Shown here one piece after another: positions 32,069 to 32,874 of a stretch of DNA of 32,874 nt. The DNA is from a virus (taxonomy: Duplodnaviria; Caudoviricetes): IMG/VR virus record IMGVR_UViG_3300030330_000270, positions 1-32,874 of that record. The stretch is one strand, 5' to 3'. Made by a program: the position numbers and the translations under genes. Each line of letters opens with the position of its first letter. Positions within the stretch are counted from its first letter, which is position 1. The notes beneath the pieces were generated by a model that saw only the letters and a program-made list of their open reading frames with translations, had not been told where the DNA came from and did not search any database.

Positions 32069-32874
32069 TTGCTTTCCTCGTTATATTGATTACAAAATTC
32101 AGCCACATCACAATAGTTAGCACATCTAACGCACTCGCCTTTAGCTTCTACAACTTTCAGCAACTTACTATCTTTATGACCACCTATATACTCATCAGCT
32201 TCTTCTTGGGTATCAAGCACTCTAACAGCAGTCTTTCTACCTTTCTTTTCCACTCTATAAGTATCTTTTCTTCTCCACCTTTCTTCATCTGTGCATAACG
32301 GAAGCTTATCATTGATAAGGTAATCCACTTCTGCTTCTTGATGGATTGAAACTCTTTGTTTGATGAAAGCTTCTTGCTCTTCATCACTCCATAAATCTAT
32401 ATTTAAAACTGTGACTGGTGATGGCGGATAATCTCCACCGCTACGAAGATACTGATTTTTGTTCCAGTCTCTAGCTATCGCAATAATATTTAACTGGTCT
32501 ATAGTTCTTTCTGTTGTCTGCTTGTACAGATAAGCATAGATATTAAGTTGTTGTTCCCACTCTATTTTCCCCTCTTTTAAAGCAGAAACAATAGACCATA
32601 CACTAGTCACTTTGTAATCTTTTAGAGTATTGCTTTTAACATCTATGCTATCTGTCTGACCACTAACAGTCCAATCCTTAACTATTGCGAACATTCTTTG
32701 TTCTGTAATGGTGTCCTCGTTATTCTCATTGGCTCTTTCTAATATGGTATGAACTGATTGTCCTAGTAGTTTCCATATTTCATCTGATACATCTATCGTA
32801 AGCTTGTCGTAATGCTCTTGTGCCAATAATCTAATCCTTGGTGGCTGTAATAGACCTGTAGCAGATATAGTAGC
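32065..32874 (-). CDS. PD-(D/E)XK Cas4-like exonuclease; 5' truncated by the window
   Basis: The frame is open to the window edge (ATISATGLLQPPR...). Motifs G.SVHTILE, SGQTD, DYKVT, QQLNIY and C-terminal RC..YC....FC. Confidence 0.8.
   Translation of the reverse strand, partial: ATISATGLLQPPRIRLLAQEHYDKLTIDVSDEIWKLLGQSVHTILERANENNEDTITEQRMFAIVKDWTVSGQTDSIDVKSNTLKDYKVTSVWSIVSALKEGKIEWEQQLNIYAYLYKQTTERTIDQLNIIAIARDWNKNQYLRSGGDYPPSPVTVLNIDLWSDEEQEAFIKQRVSIHQEAEVDYLINDKLPLCTDEERWRRKDTYRVEKKGRKTAVRVLDTQEEADEYIGGHKDSKLLKVVEAKGECVRCANYCDVAEFCNQYNEESK

Noticed and set aside
28278-32387. Plus-strand ORFs in the right arm, and the nested 32184-32387 ORF
   Set aside because: They are shadows of the coupled minus-strand operon or alternate frames of the exonuclease.
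32065-32874. Cas4-like gene as part of a CRISPR-Cas locus
   Set aside because: No repeat-spacer array or other cas genes are visible, and the context is a phage recombination module.
1-32874. tRNA/rRNA genes, integrase, alternative genetic code
   Set aside because: None is recognisable, almost no intergenic space exists, and the genes read intact in the standard code.

Overview
AT-rich dsDNA phage genome fragment, probably a podovirus-like phage of a Gram-negative host (spanins and a CsgG lipoprotein are present; a marine streamlined host is inferred, not shown). Positions 1-28165 form one tightly coupled plus-strand late region. It runs from a tail fibre with an S74 chaperone, through small basic proteins, a thermonuclease and three small membrane proteins, to an unusual envelope module: csgF - csgG - curlin-like protein - FecR-domain protein - CHASE2 class III adenylate cyclase. 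Next come spanins and a GH24 endolysin, tail and ejection proteins, and a 2936-aa polyvalent protein with two HExxH zincin-like domains, a ParB-like motif, an LPD38-like C-terminus and six DIPTFSR-type linkers. Positions 28121-32874 form a convergent minus-strand early/middle region with a Ref-like HNH nuclease, small ORFs, an SSB-like protein, a Sak3/DUF1071 annealase and a Cas4-like exonuclease. The main candidate new system is the curli-pore/FecR/cyclase cassette embedded among the lysis genes, which could be a phage trans-envelope cAMP signalling device. All family calls come from motif recognition by eye, not from database searches.
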